In this document: one piece after another, positions 48,221 through 62,359 of the stretch
How the letters are laid out: every line of letters begins with the position of its first letter
Numbering within the stretch: position 1 is the first letter of the stretch
NCBI GenBank assembly: GCA_002633005.1
Contig: NMRA01000094.1
Location: forward strand, 522,597-586,596
DNA from: Phoronis australis
Lineage: Eukaryota; Animalia; Phoronida
Reading direction: 5' to 3'
Length of the DNA stretch: 64,000 nt
The notes under the pieces: model-generated
Databases searched by the model: none
Seen by the model: the letters and a program-made list of their open reading frames with translations, nothing else
Told to the model about the DNA's origin: nothing
Program-made: the position numbers and the translations under genes

Positions 48221-51200
48221 TGTAGAGTTCAAATCACTGGGACTGATAATAGCAATTGGTCATTTTGTGCCAAAAATGTGTTTCAAGTACTGTCGTTCTT
48301 TAGTCTGCTCTAATAGTGAATCATACACCGTGTTGCCGCGCCACCAGGCCCATGCGCACCTGTGCGGAACTGTGCTTACATGCGAAACTTAGGTGCATGC
48401 GTCAAAGTGGGAACAACTTGGGTAAAAACCCCATGGGTCTAAAGGCGCGGCATTACGATAATACAAAAGTATTTACTAAATTTCTTGAAAATGCGCCAAG
48501 AAACTCCAAAGATACAGAGGAAAACGTAAGAAACATGTCATTAGGAGGCACAGCGGCAGTCAAAACGGGTGCGCCTATGTGCGAATTATTGTATGGGCCT
48601 ATGCAGGAGACATTACATGGACTTATACGCGAACCATTTAGCCACGAAAAAAGGCATTAAGTTGGATTTAGGCTCATGGCCTCAAGGCGCGGCAATGCTT
48701 TATCTCGTGGTTGCAATAAATCGCAGTGTGACTAGTTTACATCGATCTTGAATATAAATAGTATTTATCTGGAAGCGTAGCGCAACAAATAACTAAAATA
48801 TCTTATTCATAAGAATCATAACTGGAAAATGGTCTTCTTACTAATCATTGTCTCAAATGATTCCTTTCTAAGTGCAGAACTCAGGCTGAAATATTTTTCA
48901 AAAGAACTGTTCCCTCAGAATCATTCAATATTCTAGGTTTATACTTGCACAAGAAACTGAAATGAGAACAACATGCATGTTCTCACACCATTAAATAAGT
49001 CTTAGATTTCCCTCAAATAAACGAAGTCAAGAGAATAATTTCAGTCAGCAATCTTTAGTGATATAAAAAAGAAGACAACCGATACAGTACAACAAGGCAT
49101 TGAGTAGTCTCCCCATACAATATTCCCATGTAGATCGGAATTTTGGGAAATGACATGACGATAAGAAAATATTTCGCTTGTTTCTACCACACCAAAATCT
49201 AATTTTTTGATCATCGAAAAGCAAGAAAATGTCTTCAAAGTTTGAAGTCAAAGTGCAGCAAGATGAAAAAATGGTTCATGGTGATCTGACAAGCAGGGCT
49301 CAGACCCCGCAAAATGGTTTAGTTAAATGCGTCAGGACCTCCGTAGTCAAACAAAACAATATTAAAATCATCCATCCCCAATAATGGTGCAGGATTGAGT
49401 CATTGTAGAAATCAAACCGAACGGCGTAAAAAATGAGCGAGTATTTATGGAAATGAATGTCTTAAAATGTTAGTTTCCATTGTGCCAACTTTTTTAAAGT
49501 CTGAGTATTCTAATTTTACAGGGGCGTGTCCTGTTAAAGGTATAGCAGAGTATTCTGGGCCAATTCGTCTGCTATTTGCCTTAGTGTGTAGCTCAGATAT
49601 ACTGCGCTGTTAGAGAGTCGTGTCCCTGGAGGTGAGGGTTAATTGCATGTATCCGCCTTTTGTCTTCTAAATATCATATACCGAATTTGGCACATAAGCG
49701 CATGCGCACGTAGGCGCATGCACCCAGGCGGCTGTCCGCTGTGTACGTGAATGTTTGGATGTTCATTGTTACATTTCACGTTTACAATCTTCAAGACAAC
49801 ATTTTACAAAACAATCACGGTAACTCACATTGTACGTTTTCACATTTAGGGAATAGTCATGGAAATTAAATACCCTCTTCAGTTTATACGATAATAATAA
49901 TAATTCGAAAATGATATCCATGTAATGCCCGTAACGAAATTATGAGCAGAAACAGTATTTGGAATACTGGTGTCTTTTATTTGTATAAATTATGAAAATT
50001 CATCCTGGTACTTTAGCTATAAGCAAAAGTCGAATTTTGAATATATTAGGCAAATTCACGATGTATCCACAAGCAAACGAGGTCCATTAAATTCACTAAT
50101 CATGGAAGCATAGATGAAAACATTAAAGTAACCTCTCTGAAGTGCTTGGTAAGGGCGTTTTAAGCAAAATATAATTTTGAATAATGGTGGCCTTAATTTG
50201 CATTAATTATGCAAATTTGTCATGCAACAAGAGGCAAACTGATTTCATTAAACTAATTGACCATGCAGCTTTGTATATAAACGTACGGGAGCATGGCCTG
50301 TTTCATTAAAATAGTCTAGTCGTTTATCGATCGCCGTGAATATTGCGTCAGTGTTTGCGTCTGATTTTTTTCAAGCGTCATAGCCATAAACATAGTCCGC
50401 GGAGTGTCAATATGTATCATGCATGAAGATGGATGATGACATTGACTCAATAACTGGGCGTAGTAATATCCACAATAAGTTCGGCGGTCACGATCATAAG
50501 CACCGTGTACGCTACAAAAGTTTACACGGAGTTAGTCCGCAAACCAACCCTTAAACAGAGCTGAGTATTGGCTAGCACGGATCGAGTTGACACGGAATGA
50601 GTTAACACGGCGCAACTACACAGAAGTTGACATGGAATCAGTAGTCATTGCGATGTCAATTTTGTCACCAGCTTTTGGGGTAGAGCAAATTAATTGCCTC
50701 CAATCATCACGTTCCGTGTGATCTGGGGCAAGGCGGGTGCGATCATTTTACCTGCGCTTGCGCAGCAGCCTATCTATACACGTCTGACGTGTTGCGTCAT
50801 ATCTACGACTGAATTCATTTGCCTGTTATCTGTTTAGGTCCACCGTTGCCAACGTTCTTCTGCCTCTAACTAGTGTCCTTTTCTCAGCAAAATTTCCAAC
50901 TCACGTCCCGTACGAGTTCACGGTTTCGTGTTTAGCATACACAGATTTACGAACTCGCCTGCTCGAAAACTAAGTAGAGTAAACAAGTCGTTGTTTATAT
51001 TGCTCTCTATTTGAGCCTAGCAACAAAATTCAGATTTCTTGTTAGTGGGCCGTGAGCTGTAGGCAACATTCATCTGACAATTTACTTTCTTCTTGTGTGA
51101 CTAAATCCATTATTTCTAATTCAGGAAAACGTTCCCTGCGTTTTGAGCCGCATGTTTTCTGTAGAAAACGAAGTTTATATGAATTAAACTGTCACATAAG

Positions 51201-51976
51201 TTGAGCAGTAGAAACTGAGAAACCCGTAGCAGATGCAGGTTATACATTTATCGTGTGTATCAGAGTAAGAATTCTTTGGCAGATAGACAAAAAGTACCGT
51301 CAAAACGGTTCAGGCTAATTTACAAAAGTTTTTTATCTTAAAACTGATCAGTGAAAATTATCAAATTAATGAGGATTGCATGTCTGAATTAAAATTGTTA
51401 TGTTTTGTGTATTTTTTTAAAAATACACATAATAATATGTACAGAATAATAATACCACTCTGGGGGACTTCGATAAAACGTGGTTGACATTGCAAAGAAG
51501 CGGGTTTTCAAATCGGCATCCATTAATGCAATCCAAAATTGAACACACGAAGTTCTCAGGAAGATACGACGAGTTTGTGACAATCCTGAATATGCTAAGA
51601 ATGACATACTTTTTGACTACTGGCGATCTTTCGAAAAATTTCGCTTTTAATAACCTTTACCCTCCGGTCCACAAACACACGTGGATTAGCTTGTGTACTG
51701 TACCTAATTCAATATTCAAGGTCGCGTGACCAGTGGCGGATTTAGGAGGGGCCCTAAAATTCTCCTAGATTCCATTTGGCAGTTCGGGGAGCGAATTGCT
51801 GACTAGCATACGCGAGCACTCCGGGGGGGCTCGGGGGGCGAATGCATAATGCATAGGCCTTGAACAAATCCCGAGTACAGTTATTACAAGGTTTTGGCTG
51901 CTGACGCACGCACACCTAATTGGAAATGATCCCTTTCATCACGCTCTTACAAAGAGTCTAAAAATACAAAAGGTTT

Positions 51977-52032
<56 letters not shown>

Positions 52033-52077
52033 NTGTGTGTGTGTGTGTGTGTGTGCGTGTGCGTGTGTGTGTGTGTG
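51977..52077. repeat. (GT)n microsatellite containing one N
   Basis: Direct dinucleotide run. Confidence 0.97.
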
Positions 52078-52839
52078 GCTGATCGGTGGTGTTTACAGGC
52101 AATGCTCGCCAACAGGACATATTTTAAACACCGCTATTTGCAAGCCATGGTGCGTTTGTCCGGATTGCTTACGAAAGTTATGCAACAACTTTCTTGCAAA
52201 GACCGTAACTACCTAACTATCAACACGAGTTGTGTGGTAGACCTCTCATGGGAGTTAGTTGGCAATGCGACCGCTTATGAGGAATCACTTGTTACAAATA
52301 AAATTGCCATCATTTCATGATATTCATGCATGACACTGTGTTGCACCTTCATAATGGTCATAAAGTAGGTAGCTGGCAAAATGTGCTAATTTCTTCACCT
52401 ACACAACTTCTACGGAACGGTGCTTTTATATTTAGGCGATTGCTTCGATGATGACGAAATCTCTACATATATAATTAGACTTGTGAAGAAAGGAATCGTA
52501 AGACGGGAGCATGTGAGATGCAGAAGACATTCTCGTTCAGTCTTTTAACGAGTTTGTACGCAACTTAGAAGTAGACTTTCCTTCTCTCGCTAGCAACGCC
52601 ACCTCTTCCGCCGCCATTTTAAAACCCAGTGACTTCAAACTAGTTAATGATTGGCCGTATAAACATCACAACGCGCAATACCAGGATCAAGGTGCCAATT
52701 AATTCTCAGGGGAAACATAACAGGGAAATTATCGGTGCGAGTTTCAATACACGAGTCCACGGTTTCATCAACCACCTTGAATTTGTAATTACGCCAAATA
52801 GTAAGCAAACCAACAACTGGTTGTTATTGCTCTTCCCAA

Positions 52840-52993
52840 AACATTCAGCATCAGCAGGGTCAACATTCAGCAGGGTCAACATTCAGCATCAGCAGGGTCA
52901 ACATTCAGCATCAGCAGGGTCAACATTCAACATCAGCAGGGTCAACATTCAGCATCAGCAGGGTCAACATTCAACATCAGCAGGGTCAACATT
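52840..52993. repeat. 22-bp minisatellite with truncated variants
   Basis: Unit AACATTCAGCATCAGCAGGGTC repeated about 7 times. Confidence 0.93.
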
Positions 52994-53095
52994 TTTTCCT
53001 GAGAACCACTAGTGCTTAATTTTTAAGTGCATTTAAAATGCCGATGACGTCAACAACAATCCGGTAATTTTCAAGTCCAGTCACGTTTTCACAAC

Positions 53096-53322
53096 GTCAA
53101 ACTCATGGTCAGAATTCATACTGTCAAACTCATGGTCAGTATTCATATTGTCAAACTCATGGTCAGTATTCATGTTGTCAAACTCATGGTCAGTATTCAT
53201 GTTTTCAAACTCATGGTCAGTACTCATATTGTCAAACTCATGGTCAGTATTCATATTGTCAAACTCATGGTCAGTATTCATGTTGTCAAACTCATGGTAC
53301 AGTATTCATATCGTCAAACTCA
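53096..53322. repeat. 27-bp minisatellite, about 8 copies
   Basis: Unit GTCAAACTCATGGTCAGTATTCAT(A/G)TT; it reads as (MNTDHEFDN)n on the minus strand. Confidence 0.95.
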
Positions 53323-55652
53323 GTATTTATATTGTCAGCCAGCCCTCGAGCAAAGAAAAAGAAGTCTTTTTGTTGCTATCGCTGCGCCGATCACTTCACC
53401 ATCGACTGAACAGCGAAGCCGAGATCCGGGAGATAAACCTAAGTTCATGAATAATCCCGCAATATTCACGGGCACTCTTTTGGCGGTTTACTTTAACGAT
53501 ACTCTCTAGTTTCAAAAATCAGGACACAGAATGCTATATGTCAACCGAAAAATACATCACTAAAATGTACACATTTCGTAAATTACAATCTTTTATGCAA
53601 TTTCAATATTATTTTTTTTAAATTTATAAAGTGTGGGCAGGCTTTCCGCGAAAACCTCATTATTAATGCAGCTTGTCGTGCAGTGATTACCCATATAGCT
53701 AACAAATCAGGTGGTAGAGGAAAAACATGTCGAACACTGACTCGCGATTCGGAGGTAAGTTAGATATATGTAACTTGTCCGTGTCAGTAAAATATATAAA
53801 TTTAAACACAGCCGTTTGGGGTCCATAATGTCATTGTTTGTTATGTCGTCCCAGTTCTCTCTTATATGTCTGTCAAATGATTCGGAATCAATCATTCTGA
53901 TATTCATCGACGTCTGTTAGTCTCCTTGCCGAGCTTAGCCCTACCTCTTTGTGTGTATATAACCTCGCCCTAATGAGTTTGAGAGCCACTGTTTCCGTTA
54001 TGTTTGCGATTATTTAGTAATGGCGATAGCCTTATGACTTGAGAAATAAGGATACATTGTCAGTTGTAATCAGTTGGTGTTCGGACTGAATGGCATGCAA
54101 GGCCAAAGGGTTTAGGCTTTCAAGTTGAGCTTGTTTGATACACCTCAGACCAAAGGTGGTCTGAGGATATACCCGCGATGTCACATACATGCATTTTTGT
54201 AATGAGCACAAGGTTATCCCTTTTTGAACGTTTATTTCACAAAAATGTAGAAATAGTGAAATGTAGTCTCATCACAAACGACTTCCTACGTATTTTATTC
54301 TTCACCAGGATCTTTGTGGCCGTACTATTTTTAGTGAGTTTCATTGGTTAAGACTTTAGTCAACGGGTTTTAGTTGAAATTTCTATGGAGTGAAGACATT
54401 GACATTGTAGTCCTCAGAATCTTGTTGTGGTTCTCCATGTGGCTGTACAATAAATAGTCGACTTTGTGCCCAATGTCATGTGCTGTCAAGCCAGTGTGAC
54501 ATGTCCAATGAACTAGGTTATGACGGAATATATGGATGCACGCAGTGTGGCAAGTGACTCTTCATGAACTTCTGGCCGACGATAAACGCAAGGGGTTAAC
54601 CGGCACCTCCTGCACGTCGAAAATCTTGTCGAGAATGGAAAAGTGCTTTGCTTTGAAGGTATGGAACTAAAATGTATATATGCATAGTATGAAAAACATG
54701 ATAATCATAACATGGTTGATTTAGTGTGTATCTGGTACTCAGTTATTATCGCCGCCACCATTATACAGTTTTTAGGGTCACGGGGGTTGTTATAAATCTA
54801 AGTAGCAAGTTCCCAATCAAAACATTGATGCAGTGTGGGAAAAAATATTGATTGCTCCAATACAGGAAGACAACCAACATCAACCGCCATGCTTGTAGTT
54901 GACTTACCAATGACCAATACAAATACCACACTAACTCAATGCCTCATTTAATTTGAGAAATAACATTGAAACAGCATGGACGTACGCTAATGTTTTGTAT
55001 TTTTTTCTGTGATTTCAGAGTGCATAGTCTGAACGGAAGCACAACAACAAGTTGGGAAGTTTATCCCTGTAGCCAATATCTTACACGACTTATTAACTCC
55101 ATTCTGGCATTTATGGTTGGAGGGCCAGCTCTCTTTTGTTCGATAATTGCTCTAGTCTCCGATCAGATCGTATCTAGCCTGACAGGGCCGTGCTTCTAAA
55201 ACTGAAAAGTTAAGTTATAACGTATTTGAACATAAACCAATAGCATTTCTGAATTCCTTGTCAAATGCTTATCATGTTTAGTTTTTGAATCACCAAAATC
55301 GCCCAACTACACGTACTGAACAGAATATAAGACAAACCATTCTAACAAAGGAGCCAGATGTTATCGCACGTTCAGAACCCCTCACGTCTGGAAAAGTTGC
55401 TGAACGACAAAACACTGTCATGTTTAAGATGGATCAGCGTGGAATGTTTTTGAACTCCAAAGCGCTTCGGTTAAGAATTTAACATTGATCGCTAAATGAG
55501 GACAAAATGCAGCTTTAAATTGAGGAACTCGTGGGAGTTAAAAGTGAAATTTTTTGCGGAACGTGGGTATTTACCGGGATAAGTAGTATATGGTAGGAAA
55601 AACTGTTTTTAGCATTCTTTAAGAAGACCAGGTCCGAGAAAGGCGCTTTTAA

Positions 55653-57296
55653 AGGAGAATGCCACCCGATTTTTTTTGCCGTCTTAATCGGTTTATATCC
55701 ACATCGCCTCGCATACGGTCGACATTACCTTGCCAAGAGGTGTCGCGTTAACCTGTGAGGAAGGTGAGAAACGACGCTAGCGACGTCAGTAGTTCATATG
55801 CAGAGTGAATGCCGCTATGTTGCGGTGTATCGTTCCCGCTTGTCCGAACAATGCAGCTGCGAGGAAAGCAGGCATATCGTTTTTTTACTTACTCGAGAGT
55901 CCGAAATGCTTAGGAAGTGGCTCATGGTAGTGAAGAATGAAATGTACGCTGTAAATAGCAAGTATGAGGCCGTGAAACATCTCCGTGTCTGTGGCCTGCA
56001 GACGTCGACAGTGCCTGACGAATGCCGGCTTATCAAATAACTCCGTACGTTCCGTTGTCTGAGCTTGTTCACGGCGCCTCTCTAGTATTTCTTCATCACT
56101 GTATTCCTGTTCGAATTGATAGCCTGTAAAACTTAACAATCTAGCTCGTCCTAAGTCGGGATTGCGAGTTGCCGTGTTGACGTTTATTACTGAGCGTTCT
56201 GTTTCAAAATGAATTATTCTCACCCAAACCAATACTTACATAAAACTGAAACAAAGTCTGTCTCATTAGATGTAATTTGTAATGCCTTTAGAGTGTTTGT
56301 GAGTGCAAATGATTTGAGAAGCCAGCAATGAATAAATCACTGCGTTACCGGCTTTAGGTGCAATAAAACTAATTGACGGGACACCGAGGCCGTGTGAGCT
56401 CATGCTAATTTAGTGTTTGCTGGCAGAAACTGTTGTGAAACAACTCGATTTCCATCCCACGGCCAGGTGTCAGGGGAATCTTTATTTCCTTTTACATTAC
56501 TCAAATAATGATTGTCAATGTACAACTTCTGCCCTGACGGTGCTGTGGCCAAAGCGGAACCTGAATTCGCGGCCTCCGACGAGTAAGTAGATTTGCAGTT
56601 TCGTGGCTAATTCACCAACAGAATCAGGAGCACATTACTTTGGCTCACTAGTATAGTATTTTCTTGACTGGAAGTTTAGTTTCCACTGAACTTTGGCTGG
56701 TTTATGTTCGTGATGTCTGATCAGTTTCCGAGCCACTGACTGGCCGGGATAACGAGTCAATCCGGCCGGCCGCGACGGGCCTGATCGGGCTTCGAGCCAC
56801 TGGCCAGGATAATAAGCGTTTTGTGTTTAGAAATCAAAAAATCACAAATCTAAACAACACAGATCTAGGTTCTCCTGTCTGTATCTCACGGAAAATACTT
56901 CGAAATTATCTCCGAACAGACCCCAAACTCCTGCCACGGACCTTATTGGCCTGCCGAACTTTGTAGGCTACGGTGTGTCCAAATACCAATAAATCCGTAA
57001 GAGCGAAATAAAACAACACGTTTTTATAAGAACTCGGTGTATTTTTAAGGGTTTTACATCGAAGTTTGATGATTAATTGGTGTTAAACGATGACTTCAAG
57101 CGATAAGCTGACACCAGTAACCCGTGTTGTGAACTGCTGAACAAACTGAGTGTGAAACCGATGACGTCATTGGATAATTTCAACACCTCCGTCTGCCGTC
57201 AGGTGTCAGGTAACGCAACCGTACGTGTCGTTATGGAGTAGAACTACTCGATCTAAATTGATACAAATTAGGTTGTTTTTTGGGTGGCATGCTCCT
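55653..57296 (+). mobile_element. Kolobok-type element copy 3, full-length (~1.64 kb) with perfect TTAA target-site duplication
   Basis: TTAA|AGGAGAATGCCACCC ... GGGTGGCATGCTCCT|TTAA. The THAP is frameshifted, and the minus strand carries the YQFEQEYSDEEILERRRE stub. Confidence 0.9.
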
Positions 57297-58226
57297 TTAA
57301 TGTAACCATCTCTTAATGTTGTGAAGTAACACCGATAGCGAATCACGTACAAAGCAACATCAGGTCAGCAGTTCACCATAGGGACATAATCGATTTTCTG
57401 CTGAAAAACGTATTTTCAGGATTATCGTTGGACAGAATAGGCTTCTTGAAGAAATTAGTTTACACCAGAGCTACCCACAAAACAACAAACTCCTTTGTTT
57501 TTTGTGACCATCAGATCGCGAGTTCTTGCAACCACCTAGCTGCCTGCCTTTCCCTGAAACCAGGGCCACAGGTTGACGGAACTTGGCGGAAGTTGAGGTG
57601 AAAGCAAAGCGATAGCAACAAAACCGGACAGCCGAGGCCGACGAGTAGTCTTTGTTCGTTTTATTTATACACTTTATGGTCTGCACACTTCACATCTGTA
57701 ATTTTTCTTTAAAGTGCCAAAATTGTGTTTCATAAGGATGTGTTCGGATGACTCTCGAAACCCCTCACATTCGTTCCAAGCCAGTCTCTTGTTAAGAAAA
57801 TTGTTATTTTCTAGAGTCCACTTTCTTTAATAACATAACAAGCCTAAAATGATTTCCACTGTCTCTGGTTTACGGTGGCACATCTGGCAATATCACCAAT
57901 GTTTACTTTGTGAAGAAATGAGTTGATTAGTTACTTTCTAAATTTATGTGTAAAGTTTAAGTAACAGAAAGGAAGGTGGTACTTTTCCCATTGGCCTAGT
58001 GGTAAGACTATTTATAATATCATTTGCCCTTGGCATATGATTCTACGGGTTGTTGAGCGTATTGATAACTAGTGGATAGATGGCGGCGTGTCATTTGTTA
58101 GGTAGAGTGTGACCTGTGGTGTTGTTTTGGGTACTGGCTGTCGTTCCAGGTCACCGAATCTCGTGCTTCCAGCATAAATTCACTTGAGTTTTGTTTATGT
58201 TGAAATGCAGCTGTGTGAAGAGCAAG

Positions 58227-58292
58227 GTAAAACTTAAGTGTGATCTTATTTCATTGCAGGTAAAACTTAAGTGTGATCTTATTTCCTTGTAG
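58227..58292. repeat. 33-bp tandem duplication
   Basis: GTAAAACTTAAGTGTGATCTTATTTC(A/C)TTG(C/T)AG occurs twice. Confidence 0.9.
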
Positions 58293-58465
58293 GTAAACAG
58301 CTACGTGTACTTCTAATTAAAAGGAATTGTGAATTGTCAGCTTTTGTGAACTAAGGTTTGCATTGTGTTTGGTTGAGAGAGTTCATAGCGTGTTCAGTGT
58401 GAATAAATGTATTTGACGTCAAACCGTGTCTCAATATAATGATTTTGGTATCGCAACGGAGACCA

Positions 58466-59591
58466 GGTGGTACTTGATCGTTAAGTAAATCGCAGACTTC
58501 CAAAGTTATTGTAATACGTCTAGATGGTTTTATGTTTCGTCTGTTAGGTAGGTAGAGTTAGTACTTAAGTGTGGCTTCACGAATCGCAAGCAGACTGTTG
58601 ATACTCTCTGTTTGACGATATTTGATGCCATCAAACCGCAAAATGTTAAAAACAATAGATGAAATTTTTCTTCAGATGAGTTTTTGGTGACAGCGGTTCC
58701 AAACTTAATTCATTTGTACTAAGCAAAAATTCCACCCTAAGCTCTGTACTTCATAGCAAGAAGCAGCACCGGAACAAATGAATACAAACAATTACCCACG
58801 CATGCGCATCGCAACCTCAGCCGCTTGTGGTCGAGGTTGGCATTCCAGAGAGTTTTATGTGATGTTCGTATCATAGAACTGTGAGGCTGCACAGAACTTT
58901 AGACCTGAAGTGTAACCCAGTTTGATCTCGCGCAGCTGAGGTAGCGCCGCGCATGCGCGTAATTTGTTTGCATTTTGCATTTGTTCGTTGCGGTGTCGGA
59001 TCTTTCGAAATGTTGGTTCTAATGGTACCAATGGAGGATCATCTGCTCGCGATCGCGAACTGAGCCGGTCGTGCCAGTGGGTACTACCGCTACCTAACTG
59101 CTTGGCGTAAGCTAAAATCATCCAAGCGTGTTGCAGTAATTTCGAAAGTAAATAAGTTGGCGAGTTAGTGTTAAAATATATATGTTTTATTATTTGTCCT
59201 AGGTACAGGATTTCGGTATCGTATTAGAGCTCCGGTGGTACTTGATCATGTGACTATATTTTAAGGGAATTGTAAACTTTCAAAATTGTTGTAATAGGCG
59301 TAGATGGATTTAATGTACGCCAAGCAGCTAGGTAGCACGCCCGGCTTCCCGAATTGCGAGCAGATGATCCTCTGTTTGACACCTGTATGGGGCTATTACA
59401 CCGCAAAATAATTAAAGAATACAGGTGAAATATGTTCGGAAGAAGTTTTCAGTGACAACAGTTATAAACTTACTTCGTTACTACCAAACAATCATTCCAC
59501 CCTAAGCCGTCCCTGCATTTCCTACCAAGAATCAACACCGGGACAAAAGAATGCAACCTCAGCTGCTCGAGATCAAAGTTGGCATTCCAGG
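58466..59591. repeat. Cluster of three diverged ~250-380-bp homologous units: + (58466-58848), - (58904-59149), + (59234-59591)
   Basis: The two + units share GGTGGTACTTGATC, CTCTGTTTGAC, ATTCCACCCTAAGC and CAACCTCAGC...GTTGGCATTCCAG. The middle unit matches on the reverse strand (ACGCCAAGCAG.TAGGTAGC, GCGAGCAGATGATCCTC, CCTCAGCTGC.CGAGATCAAA). Confidence 0.8.
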
Positions 59592-60964
59592 TGCACAGTT
59601 CTTTGGTCAAAGGTGATCGTGTTGTGGCGGTTTACATCACCTAGCGGATCAAGAATCTTATAAGTTTCTGGTGTGATACAGAGTTTCCTTTATTGCTGTA
59701 TTACAGGTAATAGCGCTGGCCGGGAGATGAAATATTGTCTGTCCTCCGTCTGGTCTGCTGTTAGTCGAAGGAAGGCGGTGGATGCAGCCACTTTAGACTC
59801 TACATCATTGAAGAGATGTTTAAATGTTCTTGACCTCATTGGTCTAGGTAAGATGGGTTGACTGTAGACTCTAGACACAATGCCTTTCGTAAATTCACTG
59901 ACAATTTGCAAGTAAAGCTGGTGTGATCACTTGCTTCGTTTGTTATACGTTCTTGTCAAATGCTCGCACTCTGCTTCAACTTTACGTCCCTGCCGGTCGT
60001 CATGGTAGCGTACAGGCAGTTTTTTTGCGATACAGTTCTTACTTCAAGTTCTGTAAATTAGCACAGTGTTCACCGTTGGTCAACACGGGGAAATGTTTCT
60101 ATTACTATTCCAGGGCCGTGGGAAGCGGAGGACCGGAGGGGGGGGGGCACGGGCCCCCCAAAAATTTTTAGGCGTCTGGGTTAAACCGTAGCAACCGACA
60201 TAGGCGTTGTGCCGGGGACAGTCGAGAAAAGAAAGACTGCGAAAAACGGATAAGAGCAAAAATTCAAGAGAACATTTAACAAATCTGCATCAGTACATGG
60301 TTTACCTTTTGAGGACCCTGGCCAGGGCAGTGCCATTAGGGTCTTTGCTTTTGCAGCACAGGTCGTCTAAATGCACACATATATTTCGAAAAATCGAGAA
60401 AATTTGAAAAGCGAAACTTTTGCGGAGAGTACTAATTTACTAGATGTTTAAATTCAATAAGTCAATTTTGCGAATGCAAAACTATATGTTTCCAGAGACC
60501 CCTCTCTGGCAAGGGATAACGGAGACAACTTTCGCTTTATTTTTTTCTCTAAACTGTAAATCACTTGAGAAAAATTGATGACCTGACAGATAACATTAAT
60601 TGCTGCGCATTTCCTGATATTTGAAAATATAGATATGTTCATATTTAGGAGCCCCGCCCTTGAAGGAAGCCACTCATGACATACAAGTGGCCACCTGTTT
60701 GTTTTTTTATTGACAAATTCTTACGGGGCGGCTCACGGAGAGAAGGCCCAATGTTGGAATCGATTACCTCTATTTTCCTGTTTTTTTTTGTGAAATCGTG
60801 CTTTCATGTTGAAGGAGGTCACTTTCTGCATCGTTTTGGTACCACACGACGGTGGAATGAACTGTTACGTTTTTCCAAGCTTAATGATGTTTAGCCTTTC
60901 ATCTTAAGGTGTCCCATTTCAGACGGTGCCCTCTCTCGGTGGAGCAGTTCGGGTAAATGTCCCT

Positions 60965-61096
60965 TTGTGCAGGACAAGTGTGCGCAGGCACTATACTGAT
61001 TTGCGCGTGCACAAGTGTACACTGGCACTATATCTGCACTTGCGCGACAGGTGTACACAGGCACTCTGTCTGCGCGTGCACGACAGGTGTACACAA
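60965..61096. repeat. Degenerate ~35-bp tandem repeat
   Basis: Recurrent GACAGGTGTACAC.GGCACT.T.TCTGC.C.TGC units, about 3.5 copies. Confidence 0.75.
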
Positions 61097-61772
61097 TGGT
61101 TGATAAAATTTATTACAAATGATTCTTTAAAATAGATTAAATTCGACTATTTCTAAGCATGGTATGACATGTTATAACATGTTAATAAGAATTAATATTA
61201 ACGAATGGTGTAATATAAGATCTAAGTTTTTTCATCAGCCCTAGTAATTTATACGAATTCTTGTCACTGACCAAACTGTCCTAAGAATAATGCTGTAAAC
61301 GATGATCAGACTGATATATGTGAACGATGATCAGTCTCATCAGAATTCATATCAACCAAAATGGAGGTGCAAGATTTTTACACAAGCATTACTTATTCTA
61401 AGTTTAGAAAATATGATTAAGACAGTGAAGAAGACGAACAGTACACAATGTCTATTTTGTTACGTACCAGTTCATTAAGATTGACGGTAAATGCAAGGGT
61501 CAAAACTAAGCCTTTGAACTAGCAAGGAGCAATGTATAATGCATACAGAAGTATACAACAGTCAGGGCACGGACTTCTGTGTACATCCTGAGGGGCGTAC
61601 ATGTAGCTAGGATAGAGGGAGATTTGTCTCGTGCGGAACCCTCTCCGGAGGGGAGGAGGGAGGAGGGAGAGGCGACACAACAATTCGTGGTGATTCGCAC
61701 TAAACATTTTAGCATCATAAATATTACATAGATTCATTCAAGTAAGTCAGGCAAACGCATTTTAATTAATAA

Positions 61773-61845
61773 TCTAGTGGTGCCACCTGCCGCCCCGAAG
61801 TGTTGTACCAGAGGGTTCCGGTTCAATCCCGTCCTGCAGCCATTC
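61773..61845 (+). mobile_element. Degenerate tRNA-derived SINE-like head
   Basis: A-box-like TCTAGTGGT and B-box-like GGTTCAATCCC at tRNA-like spacing. Confidence 0.4.
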
Positions 61846-62359
61846 TATAACTGCTTATGAATTTCTTTAATTACATCACGTTTTGTCTCTTATAGTGTTA
61901 AACGTAAATTGAAACGTTAGAGCGTTCTAGAAACCATGTATAGTTAGTTGTTGCAAAAAGAGGGGGGTTATATATATCAAACTTGACAAATATCCGTGGC
62001 CTTGGCGCGTTGAATTTTGTAATTAGATGCTGAATGACGTCAATATGAATATGTGTCTTAAAACGCTACGCAATATTGCCACAAATCAAACTTTAATAAT
62101 TCTTCTAAAACTAATGATTGTCTAAAGGTATTCAATAAACACAATATACATTCATTGACTGGTCATTACAAGCTTCAAGGTGTAAGGCATATCAAATCCA
62201 AATAGAAAAAATATTCTATAAAGTGTTCGTCTCACCCACTAGTTAAAAGAAGTACAGGCTCTATTTCCTTTTTTTGGTTATACTAATTGTCGTACCTCGC
62301 TACATACAGACAATCTAAATCCGTGGTCATGACCATAACATAGAATAGTGCACTAAATA

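Noticed and set aside
49690-49740. Tandem GCGCATGCGC (NRF1-like) motifs as a promoter; similar motifs near 31327 and a YY1-like AGATGGCGGC near 58078
   Set aside because: I could not identify an associated exon or gene, and such short motifs are common inside invertebrate transposons.
51976-52320. Cys-Val repeat ORFs
   Set aside because: These are translations of a (GT)n microsatellite.
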